A stretch of 63,140 nt of DNA, filler included, from Collodictyon triciliatum (lineage: Eukaryota): assembly GCA_043381765.1 (NCBI GenBank). It is 9 parts of 9 records of this genome, joined end to end, with 100 filler letters (N's around TTAATTAATTAA, not from the genome) between each part and the next. Parts side by side here need not be neighbours in the genome. Positions count along the whole stretch, not along the records: positions 8,691 to 17,276 come from JBHJMP010003369.1; positions 17,377 to 24,270 come from JBHJMP010003370.1; positions 24,371 to 32,952 come from JBHJMP010003372.1; 6 more parts are not named here. One strand, written 5' to 3'. Under the pieces are notes generated by a model. That model worked only from the letters and a program-made list of their open reading frames with translations. It did not search any database and was not told the DNA's origin. Of this stretch, positions 11,879 to 24,583 are shown piece after piece (position 1 is the stretch's first letter; each line of letters begins with the position of its first letter). Position numbers and translations under genes: made by a program.

Positions 11879-14156
11879 AGGGATATACACATGATTATGC
11901 ATATATATGGAATAGAGCATGATGGTTTTATGAAAAAGTACTGACTGGCTATTACACATTATATTATACAATGATTATTGTCATAAAATAGCGTGACACA
12001 GGGCAGTATGGGTGCCGGACTTATGTTGCTTTACGAATCCTTGTATAATAATCCTCATATGCTTGTAACACTATTTGGTAATTAAGTTTATCCTAATTTA
12101 TGAATCGAATAAAAGAAAAAAAGTTTATCCTAATTTATGATTATAATATTTCTCTTGTCTATGTCTTTTATACATAGCATACTCATTTGAATCGAATAAA
12201 GGAAAAAAATACATAACATACTCAATCTGTGGCCACTATTTATGTATGCAAAGTGATATTATGAATTTCAGCTCTTTATTACTTATAGGATAAATGACTT
12301 GATATAAGAATGTGACTGATGCATAATTTAGTTCGGCTCTAACACTAAAACTTACAGAGCCAGCGGAGACCGTTGTTGGGAAAACATTAAAACATGAACC
12401 CCAAGAAGGCGTGTCGAATTTTCTCTGCTTCTGCTCCTTTTTGTTTCAAGATATTAAGGTAGGCGGTTTTCTAATAAAGGAAAAAAAGGTAGGCGGCTTT
12501 CTACCTGTTATGTTTATATATATTTATTTAATTAAGGTAATACTCCTGACTGTTTGGTGAAATATCAACTCTATCCATTTGCATTATTTGCTTTGTTAAA
12601 ATATTTAATTTCTTCGACCATAAAACAGGATATGCGGTCTTCTCTGTATTCGAAGCTTTGCTTCCTGATTTTGCTGAATATGGTTGAACAGCCTGAATCA
12701 GTACATGTGATGCACAAGGCAGATTTAAGGAAGGGGACATTCCGCAGATATGACAGGGTATATAATATACTATTTTCATACAAGGCGACGGACAATAAAT
12801 TTCTGCATTTTATTCGAGGGATTATATGTTTTTGCTTTATTTTTTCATCAATTTACTCTGAAGTAAGAAGTTCTTCCTTCAGGGAACGAAGAGCATCGTG
12901 GCAATAGTTTCAAACGAGCCGATAGTCTCGTTAGTACTATTGCTCTCCAGTGAATTCATTTTGTGCAACCTGAGAAAAAAAATGAGAGTAGATTTATACA
13001 GGTGATTTACGCTTTTTTCTCTCTCAGTTATTCATAGGTTATATTCTATTTCTACATATACGGTAATCTTAATAAAGGGATATTTATCTCTCTTATCACG
13101 ATAATTTATTTTTGTTTACTTATCATATCACATGCAGTATGTGCTTCGCTGTTATCCATCGCTCATTATGTTATCAGAAGAAAGTAAAGGCCAGACTATG
13201 TATTAATTGGGTTGAAATATGGAAAGCTTTGATTCAATTTTGTGGGTTTATCTCATCCGATGAGATGATGCAAAACCAGCTTGTTATGACTCTTGCTACC
13301 CAAGTGATTTCGATTTTCAACTATTTCATCACTTTTGGTGACGATGTTCTACCTCGGGATGAATATGATCACTTATATTGCGAAATTATTCGGGTTTCGA
13401 AAACGTTTGAAAAAATGCATGCGCTAGGTACTTTGTAAATCTTTAAATCTTAATCGCAATCATGCAGTAAATATTGATGATAAATTGATTGTAATGAATG
13501 CTCGAATAGTATAATTACATTTCATCTATTAATTATATATGCTAAAAACAAAGAGAATGAGTTAATATCGAGAACAACTCATAATGTCAGCGGCATGATT
13601 TTTTTTTCGCTCACGATTTGGTCTTACTATAGCTATGCGTCACGATGTCAGCGGCCAGCTTCCCAAAGACCTATCAAACTTAAGAACAATTACCGCACAT
13701 TTTGCATCAAAGATTGATGCGTACGCAGAGACTCACCGATTGGTGTCGCTCACACGAGAACAGGTATTTATGTGTGGATATAGTGTATATACTGTGATTA
13801 CAAAGGCAAAAAGTGAATTTCCTTTGCGATTTTAAGTAGATAGTTATTTTTAACTCTGGAATATATGTATTTATTTGGTTCTTTATTCTATTCGAAACAT
13901 GAAGAGGCTTAGAAAAATGAGAAAAAAAGTAGACAAATTAAATAAAAAAGAAAACAACTATGAACACACAGAAAACTCATCAACCAACCCCATCATATAG
14001 GTATTTGAGGTTATTCGGTCGAATTATGACAGCTTGAAGCTTAAATTGAGCGAGGGATTGGATACATACATTCCTTATGCAGAACAGCCTGACGAAGTAT
14101 CATACTTTCGCCAACTAATCGTCCATCTTGTTTATGATGCCACTGGTCGAAAGTAG
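9724..14156 (+). CDS. ARMH3: Armadillo-like helical domain-containing protein 3 (C10orf76/DUF1741 family), multi-exon
   Basis: The spliced translation MEVH..KRVLKEKFVDAYETFFK|GLDPVNSYENFWDELFLLRVN..|..RVYNALQ|TL..FGFSIINIIVGFEAS..|..SYDAALLIVLLSNYRKADGANPY..|..IFNYFITFGDDVLPRDEYDHLYCEIIR..|VFEVIRSNYDSLKLKLSEGLDTY..ATGRK* (TAG 14154-14156) is collinear with recalled ARMH3 motifs. Confidence 0.92.
11787..11878. repeat. (AAAG)n microsatellite in an ARMH3 intron
   Basis: Tetramer tandem array. Confidence 0.95.
12084..12140 (+). mobile_element. Micro-insertion ATCGAATAAAAGAAAAA with 20-bp TSD
   Basis: AAGTTTATCCTAATTTATGA occurs at 12084-12103 and 12121-12140 (identical), flanking the family 3' motif. 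Confidence 0.85.
12170..12224 (+). mobile_element. Micro-insertion TTTGAATCGAATAAAGGAAAAAA with 16-bp TSD
   Basis: Flanks are ATACATAGCATACTCA (12170-12185) and ATACATAACATACTCA (12209-12224), with 1 mismatch. Confidence 0.85.
12456..12503 (+). mobile_element. Micro-insertion ATAAAGGAAAAA with 18-bp TSD that duplicates an ARMH3 splice donor
   Basis: Flanks are AAGGTAGGCGGTTTTCTA (12456-12473) and AAGGTAGGCGGCTTTCTA (12486-12503), with 1 mismatch. Confidence 0.8.
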
Positions 14157-14540
14157 AAACGAAAGAACCGGACTGGATCAAAATGCACTTTTTCATTCCA
14201 CTGCGATTATACAATCGACACCAGACAGTCAGAATAGCATTCCTTTTTTATTCATTTTCTCTCCTTTTCCTCGCTCCTTTTTTTTTTTTGCATGCGACTC
14301 AAAAGAACAGATGAATTGCAAACACATCGCAGCCATTCCTTCTTTTTCATATATACATGCTTCTATTTCCTTCCTCATCTCATGCCATGGTTTCAGCACC
14401 ATTTATCATCAGCAACCAGATGTATAACTATCGTTTGGTTCATCTTGATTCATTACCGAAGATATTAAAACAGCAACACAACAAACACAGAATTATATTC
14501 TACGCATTATGTTATGTGGTTTCAATTTCCATTTCATTCT

Positions 14541-17049
14541 TTATTGAGCATCCTCGATTACCTCTGCATTTCCAGCAGGGAACCAACCCATGTTCATGTC
14601 AGCCAACAGATGACCCTTAAGCCAACCTGACTCACTTATAGCAACTATAGTCCGCACAGACAAAGGAGCGAAAAAGAAAAGAAAAGAAAAGAAAGTTAAT
14701 CAAATCGATTCGCAATAGCATCATCATGCGTTGCATTCATCACATGCGGAGTACGAGTGGAGGAATCAAGCCAGTCTGCGTACCGATTTCGAGGACATCG
14801 CCTTCTGCTATTTGCAGTTCATTCGGTCCTTCAGGTATATGTGTCTTGACCACGCGGATATGAACCACTTGGCCCTGCAGATGGAATGTCAGACGCGTAA
14901 GAACCAAACGGATGTTTAGCCTAAGGTCTCTTTACATCCCAATCATGAAGGTAACATATTGATCTATAAAATAAAGCAAATGATATGAAATAAAAGGCAA
15001 ACGAATCTTTCAGCCTTTGAAGAGTTGAAAATCCCAGTACGGTCGTCTATTTTTCCTTCATACCAACCAGACTCATCAAACTAAGAAGAAATGTGTGAGT
15101 TTTGGGTTTGCTTTGGTTCGGTGCCTAACTAATATGAAATGAGAGAATATCGAGTCTTTTAAACCTCGGTGACAGTGATGATGTCTTCTTTCTGGTAGGT
15201 AAGTTCCTCGGGCTTCCCGCTAGGAACGTGGTCTTCCAAAGCACGCATTGTATAGACAGATTGAATACCGTGAACAGACCCCTAAAACAATTCAATTTTA
15301 ATCCTACCCTCTCTTACTTTGAATAGAATAAAGGGTGGGGAATACATTCTTTTCTTCGTCTTCAGTAGTAAACATATCAGTATGGTACTTTTAAGTTATA
15401 TATACATTATGTCATCGATTTACATGGCAAACAATTTACAAAAGTAACATGGAAGTTCAAACCTGACTGACTGGGACTTGAGCACTACTTGCAGCGATGG
15501 ATTGCAGCCAACTGTCTTTAATTGTTTTCGAGTCAAATGCGAGCTATAGCGTAAATGAATCTCGATTACAGGGACGTTTGGATTTTGGATGTATATTAGC
15601 AACAGTCCATCTGTCTGTCTGCATCTTACAGCAATTGATATCCCTCCATCCAAACTGATTCGGGAAGCAAACTCTTTGTCGAGGGAGGCGTCTTCTTCTA
15701 TCCGACACGAAGAATCTAGTTTGATCTCCTCCTCAGGCTGACAGTCACCTGTCTAAAAGAAGAAGTGAGCAAACCATATGGGAAAAGGAAAGGAAATAAA
15801 AAATGAATAAAACAAGTAGATAATAAGAAAAAATGCATTAATTTGACGTCTGATAGTCTCGAGGACGGAGAATATGAGAGATAGCTTACTGGTTTCTGTT
15901 TGTAACAATAGAGGCAACTTCGGGACAAAACCACGAAGCGGATGGCCCAACTTAGCTTTCCAGATGAGCCTTTTGGAGGGAGTTGAAAAGAAACTAAAAT
16001 ATGACCAGATTTGACAGCCGAAGTGAAGTTCCAAGAATTGTGAATCTGCAGACACAAGGGATAATTTTTCGTCATTTTAATTACAAAAACGAAAAAATTA
16101 CATAATAAAATGAAAATAACATGTAATAATGAGCGCGCAATGTATTTACAACAATTTAACCTGTTTCATCAGGCTTTTTCTTTTGGAGGCCTCGGGATCG
16201 TAGGTTTGAGGAGCAGTCTTGACTTTTTTTTTAAAAAAAAGGGATTGATTTGTATTAAATCTGAAGAATACCATCTTTGAATCGAATAAAGGAAAAAAAA
16301 TCCGAAGAATACCACCACAAGAACTGAATAACAAATAACTTCAACTAATTATAACAACTGGGGAAACCTGATGCTCCTTGTATAAAATTCTAATGAAGTT
16401 AAAATCTTGTGGTTAACTTCCAGTTCGAAAATCAGAATTAATTAGGTATTCAATACTATACAAAATGAAATGGATGTGTGCGTGCTTTGTTCAATCATAA
16501 TTACCTCCATAAGCGAGGTCCATGACTTTTTGAGCCAGTCAGATTCAAAAGAGAAGAAGAAACTCACATCTTTTGGCTCCTTCATATCCATCTACAAGAG
16601 CGGGGGTAGTATCAGCGTACAGAAGAGAACAGCAGACTTATGAGAGAGAAGAGATGAAATAGGGCATAAATCTTAAGGATTTGTAAATACAGTAGTTTCT
16701 TCTTCTATCTTGCATAGATTAATACCTGAACGCAATGGTCTTTTTCTGAATTTGCATCCTTAATAGAAAGGCAATTACTCAGTTCTATAACGCCTTTTGA
16801 TTTCCCTCCTTTTGACTATGGATAAGCGATGCATAAAATGTTTGAACAAAATGAAGCAAATATATAATGATAAATGAAAAGAAAGCATATCATACATGCA
16901 ATGGACATTTCAGATGACATTAGAATTACCCGTGCGGTGGTGTAGTATTGCAGCGTACCAGAACCGAAGAGCACCAGCCATCGATTTTTCCATGGCGTCA
17001 TTTTCTTATTCCTTCTTTTGCCCTTCAGAACAGAGCCTTCGATCAAAAT
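14541..17049 (-). CDS. PH-PH-SH3-SH3 adaptor protein, multi-exon, 5' end missing (gap)
   Basis: PH1: ILIEGSVLKGKRRNKKMTPWKNRWLVLFGSGTLQYY..FFSFESDWLKKSW. PH2: AVKSGHILV..KLSWAIRFVVLSRSCLYCYK. SH3a: MRALEDHVPSGKPEELTYQKEDIITVTE|FDESGWYEGKIDDRTGIFNS. SH3b: IRVVKTHIPEGPNELQIAEGDVLEI|VAISESGWLKGHLLADMNMGWFPAGNAEVIEDAQ* (TAA 14541-14543). Confidence 0.85.
16257..16314 (+). mobile_element. Micro-insertion TCTTTGAATCGAATAAAGGAAAAA with 17-bp TSD
   Basis: Flanks are AAATCTGAAGAATACCA (16257-16273) and AAATCCGAAGAATACCA (16298-16314), with 1 mismatch. It sits in an intron of the PH/SH3 gene. Confidence 0.85.
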
Positions 17050-17180
17050 CTATCAACAATGTTGGTAGGATAAAGATATGAAAGGATATGTTTCTGTTAC
17101 TTATTCGAGATCAAGACCTTGTCATTTTTGGGGTCTCATTGGACGAGAATAACCCAATATATTTTGATTTGTAAAAGCAA

Positions 17181-17560
17181 AAAACAAACAAACAAACAAA
17201 CAAACAAACAAACAAACAAACAAACAAACAAACAAACAAACAAACAAACAAACAAACAAACAAACAAACAAACAAANNNNNNNNNNNNNNNNNNNNNNNN
17301 NNNNNNNNNNNNNNNNNNNNTTAATTAATTAANNNNNNNNNNNNNNNNNNNNNNNNNNNNNNNNNNNNNNNNNNNNCAATTACAATTACAATTACAATTA
17401 CAATTACAATTACAATTACAATTACAATTACAATTACAATTACAATTACAATTACAATTACAATTACAATTACAAATACAATTACAAATACAAATACAAA
17501 TACAAATACAAATACAAATACAAATACAAATACAAAAACAAAAACAAAAACAAAAACAAT
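17181..17560. repeat. (AAAC)n array, gap, then (CAATTA)n grading into (CAAATA)n and (CAAAAA)n
   Basis: Tandem arrays flank the N-gap at 17277-17376. Confidence 0.9.
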
Positions 17561-17757
17561 AACAATTGCAACAACACGCTAATTCAATTATACTATAATA
17601 TAATGACAGCGCACTTAATTCAAATTTTTGTCTCCAGATGATTTTTTTTTGAAATGAAAATAGAGATCTTTAGTTTTTTTTTTCTTCATAATACCTTTTT
17701 TTCCTCCTTTTTTCTTTTGAATGCCATCAGACAGGGCTCTAAACAGCGATTTCATCT

Positions 17758-20700
17758 ATGCTACGTTATAGGATGCTTCATCCCGAACCTAAAGAACCCG
17801 CCAGTCCTATCATTGAGCTTGACTCCAACTCAACACATGTAATCTCCGGTTATATGTACCAACCTATAACAACACAATCTTTCACCACTTGAGCTAATGA
17901 AATATCAAATATTCCATAAATATTTTCCAAACTTCAAATCGTTACAATTATCTGGACTTAACTATTGTTACAAATCAATTTGACCACTTGCCAACCATTT
18001 CAAATTATTGAACATGCTCTTCACTAGAATGAATTTGATGACAGCAATTCCAAAGTTAGATTGCGACCGAGATTTTTAGAAAAAGAATTCAACGCAGAAT
18101 CAATCCCAAACCCATCTCTACAAGACCTTATTCAAGTACGTTCAAATAGCTTTGTCGCATGTATTCTTCACCTTTCTCACATATATCATCTTGATTCTAT
18201 TTGAATTCATGTAGCCCTTCATGCAGTTTATTCACATTATCCTAACACTTTCCTGTATCTTGAAGCCTATGGGGAAAGCTGCAATTCAATTACAAAAGAA
18301 ACAGTTGGCACTTTGTTCCACACGTGCAGAGCTGGCAGAAATTATACACACTGTAGAGCAAAAGAAACTGGAATTATCCCAGGAAAAGGTCCATTCACTT
18401 GCCCAGATTGATTATACATGTTCATTTTCATTATTTAGCTTTCGTACTAACAGCTTGTTCTTGGAATATTTTCTTTAAAAATGCTAAATTTCACTAAATG
18501 CTGATAATTACAAAACTCCATAATCTGTTGGGGTATTCATGAAACTCTAATCCCTATGTTGTGATTGTAATGAGCCCTCTGTAATGGTACACTGATAATT
18601 ACGTTTTTAACACAAATCTAGGTTATCACAGAGAAAAAGGCTTTGAAAATGATGGATCAAAACCTTAAGGAGGGCCTCGATAGTTATGATAAATACCTGA
18701 AATCGATTCATTCCATTTATTCTGATGTAGGAATAATGGAGATGAATACTAGGATCTTTCTCACATACCACCAAAACATTCCCATTTAATCAGAACATGC
18801 TTAATATTTCAGAATAATTTAACCCATCTTTACGACCCTAGCTATCCTTATCATTAACTCATATCAATATCAAGGTGGAGAAGTTGGAGTTGAAATATGC
18901 ATCAACCATCAAGGCAATCGCATCAACGAAGCCATCATGGTCGTTCGATGCTGGGAGTGACATAACTCTAGACCCTTCATATCTAGGTACTTTGCTTCTT
19001 TCTACATATGCAAATATAAGAATCATAAATTACAAAAATGAAAACGGAAAAAATACATACTTGAAAATCCAAAACTTGTGAAAGTATTCATATCCATTTG
19101 TGGTAAATTACTAAAAAAAATAAAAAAAATCTATTGAAGACGGAGCATTTGCGACAGTTATGGCCCAAAAACCTGCACCCCTCCCCATTGTCAATTTTCA
19201 TTTTGAATGGAGAGAAGTACGCCTTAGTATTTTAGTGATCATATTTGTTATAAATCAATTTTATCGAACGAATCATCAGTATCCCGAAATGTGTGACAAA
19301 CTCTGCTATTTTCATATCTCACTACCTTTTTAATATGTCCGACAATTAAAATCACGGGAATTACTTCAAGTCTATCTTCATATTATTTTTTCCTCTATAA
19401 AATCGCCAAATTATACCGTAGGATTTTACAGAAAGAGACACAATTTCTGTTCTAAAGTCTGATATGTCTTCAATCCGAGAAGAAGTTCTCAAGCTCGACA
19501 AGGAGCTCCAGATAACACAAACTAGTCTGGAAGCAGAAAAAGTGGAAAAGTCACGACTTTCTGAAGATTTACAAATTGCAAAAACAATCATTCATGATTA
19601 CGAGGAAAAGGTAAAAGCAATCATTTGCAACGTCAAGAAAGTTTCAGAAATTGTTGTGAAATTAGATTTTAGTCTTTAAACTTTTCAGCTCATAACTTGA
19701 GGCCCATGTTTCTTCATATCTATTCGCATTCAATTTGTACTTTGCACAATACATTAAATTCTATTAAAAGGAAGTACTCCATTTTTAAAATGAATAAATA
19801 TATCGTAGTTCAAAGAGGCAGACAGTGTCTTGCAGGATTTACTTCATCAGAGGCAGTCATTATATAATGAAATGCAAAAAATGGATCAGATAATAAAGGA
19901 TCAAAACGTGACTTTTTTTTCCCGGAGAATGATGCAGTTTTTAAAGCAAAAAAAAAAAAAAAAAAAAAAAATTCATTTGATCTTTTCTTCAGCTCTGACT
20001 GATAAATTTAAATATATTTAGATAATAATCCAGGGGCATGAGGCAAAAATAAAAAGCATTTCTGATTTAGTGAGTGAATTAAAATGGAGAATTGCACCCT
20101 TTTTTCTTTTTGAAAGAAATATGATAATTTTGCTCATAAGAATGATTTTTCAACATAAACGTTTGATTAATTTGTGTACTTTGATGTAAAATAGGAAAAA
20201 GAAATAGCTAGGCTTAGAGAATCAGAAGATTCCCTCCAAAAGAACATTGAAACAATCATATCTCAAAGGTGGACTGAAGCCCTGTCTTATGCTATATAAA
20301 TCAGATACCGGAGCTCATCTTATATATTTATTTTTGCAGCGATGATATTATTCATTAATATAGTACTTCAATTAATTTTGATAACAAAAATAACATTAGA
20401 TTAAGAGAGCAAGAAAATCGAGTGTCTATAGAAAAAACTGTTCATTCACTTAAATTTGAGCTTGAGAGTTCCAAGCGAGAGGTTACCCAATTACAGAGAC
20501 ATATTCAAGAACAAATACACATGACTAAGATGGCAGAGGTGATTCCATCTTTTAAAAAAAAGAGCTTTTTCTAATATGAATACATTCCTGTTTTCTATTC
20601 CGGACATATATATTAAACTTCTTGCATCATAGTTCAAGTCAATTTAATTTAGTACGCGTTTGAAACCATTCATAGAATAAAAAGAAAGCGGAAGAAGATG

Positions 20701-23700
20701 AATCATTAGTCAGGAGTTTAACAGGACTTTATAACCAGTTATTTTATTATGTCCCCTAATTACCACGAAAAATCCCCTCTTTGTTTTCATTTCTTCATTT
20801 CTTCATTTCTTCATTTCTTCATTTCTTCATTTCTTCATTTCTATTAAATAAAAATGATTCCTCTCTTTCCTTCGGTCCACATACCTAGAATACATTCAGA
20901 ATTAGATGACATTTTCGAAGAGCCGGATTTTGCCAAGCAATCTGCTATCCATTCAGATGGAGCCGAAACCTATCGCCCAATGGAAACAAGTGGCCCATGT
21001 AAATTAGTTTTCATTATCTTAGACATATTTAATAACTATACTTCCCTTTATCACTACCAAATACAAAAATAATGTTGAATATGTATGAATATCTTAACAT
21101 TTGAACGTAATTGCATTTTTTTAAAAAGTTTTAACAAATACATAGCACACGAAGATATTATCTTGAAAAATTGAAACGGAATTGTTTTTATGTTTACTTT
21201 TAAAAAACAAACAAACAAAAACAAACAAACAAAAACAAACAAACAAAAACAAACAAACAAAAACAAACAAACAAAAACAAACAAAAACAAACAAAAACAA
21301 ACAAAAACAAACAAACAAACAAACAAACAAACAAACAAACAAACAAACAAACAAACGACAAATTGCTCACGTCCAATTTTTTATCTTAATAGTTGACAAA
21401 GGGGTGCATGCTGTTTTGTCTCAAGTATTCGATGCCATCAGAAAAATATCAGCCAAGGTATTCTGTTTGGTACATACATTATTCATTTCTTCTACACTAT
21501 ACACTCGTATCTGTATGATGCCTCTACGTAGAAAAACTTTTCACGAGCTATGTATTCATACATGTTTCTTCTGCAATGTTCAAAGTTCTTCTCAGCAAAA
21601 TTTAAACATATTGAACTATAATAACTGACCTATCTGCTCACATTCAAGGTCAGACAAAGAGAACGCCAACTTCGGAGTGGTTACTCTAACATGGTATCCT
21701 CCATGAACCAAAAATTTCAGTCCGAAACAAAGGAGATCGAGCTCAGGTTATTCGTATTGATAAGATTGAATATTCTTGTTGACTATCTTGATACCAGTAG
21801 TTAAATACCTTCGAGATGTTCTTATTTTAAAGTGTAAGGGATAGTCAGACATGTATAATGCCTATGTCATGTTTAGTCCTTTTTTTTGTTTTTTTTTGTT
21901 TTTGTTTTCTGTTTTGAGTGACAAAAAAAAAGTTATAAGATTAATGGAAATACAGACACAAAAATGAAATGGAAACTCTATCGACGCATTATGGGTCTGA
22001 AGTCGACAAACTAAACAAACAATTAGCAGGTAGAGCATACTAAATTACATCGGCTGGACATTCTTCCACAAAAAAAAAAAAAGAGAACAATTTTAACGTA
22101 GTACTCACATTTAATCAGAATCCATCAACATTAAGGAAAAACTAATATTGTAAAACGTAGAATTTCGTGAAAAATATGAATCACTAATTCAAGAGTCATC
22201 ACAGGAAAAAACGGTTAAATGATTATGATTATGGTCATGATTATGATTATGATTATATAATACTTTCTTATTTTCATTACTCGTAAGAGGGATGTTTCCG
22301 TTCTAATACTATGCAATACTATTCCATTTATCTACCAAAATTCCGGGAAAATGACATCTAAAAAGACCCTCCAACTAAAACTCAAACAAGTTTCCACCAT
22401 GAGATCAGATGCAGAGGAAAGAATTGCTCGCCTGGAGGTTTTTTTTTTTTTTTTTAATATTCTCTATCTCCCTCTCGTTCACTATTCGCTGCTATACATT
22501 CTCCTAAAGACTAGAAGTATGCATCGATATGGTTATCTAAACATTTTTCCATGAAAAATCTTTCATAAAATTATAATTAGGCAACTAGTCTTGAGGAGTT
22601 AAAACAACAGCGGAACCAAAACGATTCTCTTCAAAAACAGCTATCAGAGGCACAGGTAATATTTCATATCTCACTATGAATACTACTCATGTATGTAATA
22701 TTATCACCACCATGAAATATTCATCCAACTTACATTAATAGCGCATCTACAACTTGAAGTTGGAGCAATTTAGCCAAACAAAACAACAAGTAAGACCCAC
22801 TTTGGATCATTTCTTTTCGTTACGATACATGCTGATTAGAAGTGTCGTCTAATCTATCTGAAGATATATTAATATTGGTATTTTTGCCTTATAACTACAA
22901 TAGGAGCTCTCTGATATGGAAGCTCAGTTGTTATCCAGGTTTTATTTTCTTCTTGATGATAGTCTCGTGTGAAATTTTTACGCCTTTTTTTTTTTTTTTT
23001 GAAAACACTCTGCAACCTCCAAACGGAATTTATATCTTTCCTAGTATATTGAAATATGCATCCGGATTATGAACTATGTAGCTCACTTCTCTCCCATTTA
23101 ATCATTCCTTCCTTCCTTCCTTCCTTCCTTTTTTTTTTTTTTTTTTTTTAGAGTTGAAACGCTATCAAAAAACTACAAGAATGAAATTTCCGAATTGGAG
23201 AAAGCACATCGAACAGAGGTTTCAGAGATAGATAAGTCGTACAGACTGCAATTAGCAGGACTAGAGAAGCGTTACTCCTCTCAATTTTCTGAAGTTGAAA
23301 GGACATATAAAAGAAACTTGAGCGAATCCCACAAATCCCAAAAAGAATCACTCTTGCTACAGCGCCAAGAGTTCGAAAAAGGTGTATAATGATCTTCCAT
23401 TTTTCTCCTAAAACTGAATCTTTAATCTCACTATATATTAATATTAAAAAAAAATTAAGCAATTGCTGCCGCGCAAAAGGAAACAGATCGGTTACTCCGC
23501 GATTTGGAAGGACAACGAAAATCGATGACAGAGTCCCATGCCAAGGAAATACATGTTGCTTTTTTACCAACTATTTTTCTCTTTACAACTTGTTGGTTGT
23601 GGTATCATTTACTTTTTATTGTAGTGATATTTTGAATAATGTAAATAATTATATACACATAATAAAATAAATGAATATATTATTGAGTACTAAATGTTAC

Positions 23701-24270
23701 GTAAAAATCCAAAAATCAGTCGATGAAGGATATTATCAGGGACTTGGAAACCCAGTTATCCAAAACAAAGGAGGACGCAAAAATTGAAATTGAGAAAATT
23801 AAAGTATCTGGCTTTTAAATATATCTGCATATATCTTTGAGGTTTATCAATTTTCTCTGATGCGCAACCGACATTTTTAACTTTTCATTTTTTCTTCTCC
23901 ATTTGATATACGTAATTTATGACCACCTTGGTCTTGAATTGCAGAGTGAGAGCGAGAAAACAATCGTTGGCATGAAAGAAGATTACGAGAAAACGATCGA
24001 ATCGACAAAAATGAAATCGATACAAACAGCAAAGCAGGTATGACGTTCTTGTACTAAAAAACATTGTTGGTATATCAAACTTTGATTAAATTTCCAAACA
24101 TTTCAAGCATAAAAGTTTGTTTTGGCTTCGTGTCTACCTGATAAATATCATAAATGTAGTAAATCAATTAAAAAAAATCCAAAACATTAAGATTTTACGG
24201 AAAAGTTTGTCTTAATATATAATAACCAAAAAAAAAAAAAAAAAAAATTTCAAGGATGAGGCGGAAATAA
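17758..24270 (+). CDS. Long multi-exon coiled-coil protein of unknown family; 3' end runs into a gap
   Basis: A series of short GT-AG exons encodes E/K/Q/L-rich heptads (SIREEVLKLDKELQITQTSLEAEKVEKSRLSEDLQ; LEKAHRTEVSEIDKSYRLQLAGLEKRYSSQFSEVE; SMKDIIRDLETQLSKTKEDAKIEIEKIK). The start codon is tentative. Confidence 0.7.
21203..21355. repeat. Compound (AAAC/AAAAAC)n microsatellite in an intron
   Basis: Tandem array. Confidence 0.9.
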
Positions 24271-24583
24271 NNNNNNNNNNNNNNNNNNNNNNNNNNNNNN
24301 NNNNNNNNNNNNNNTTAATTAATTAANNNNNNNNNNNNNNNNNNNNNNNNNNNNNNNNNNNNNNNNNNNNTTTGTTTGTTTGTTTGTTTGTTTGTTTGTT
24401 TGTTTGTTTGTTTGTTTGTTTGTTTGTTTGTTTGTTTGTTTGTTTGTTTGTTTGTTTGTTTTGCTGTTTTTTCAGGCAATTTTGTATGGATGATTTTATG
24501 TAAGTTTTTTTTTCCATTCAAAGAGAATCACACGGGGATAAAATAATAATTCAAAGAAATTGAACACAATTGATTATAACTCA

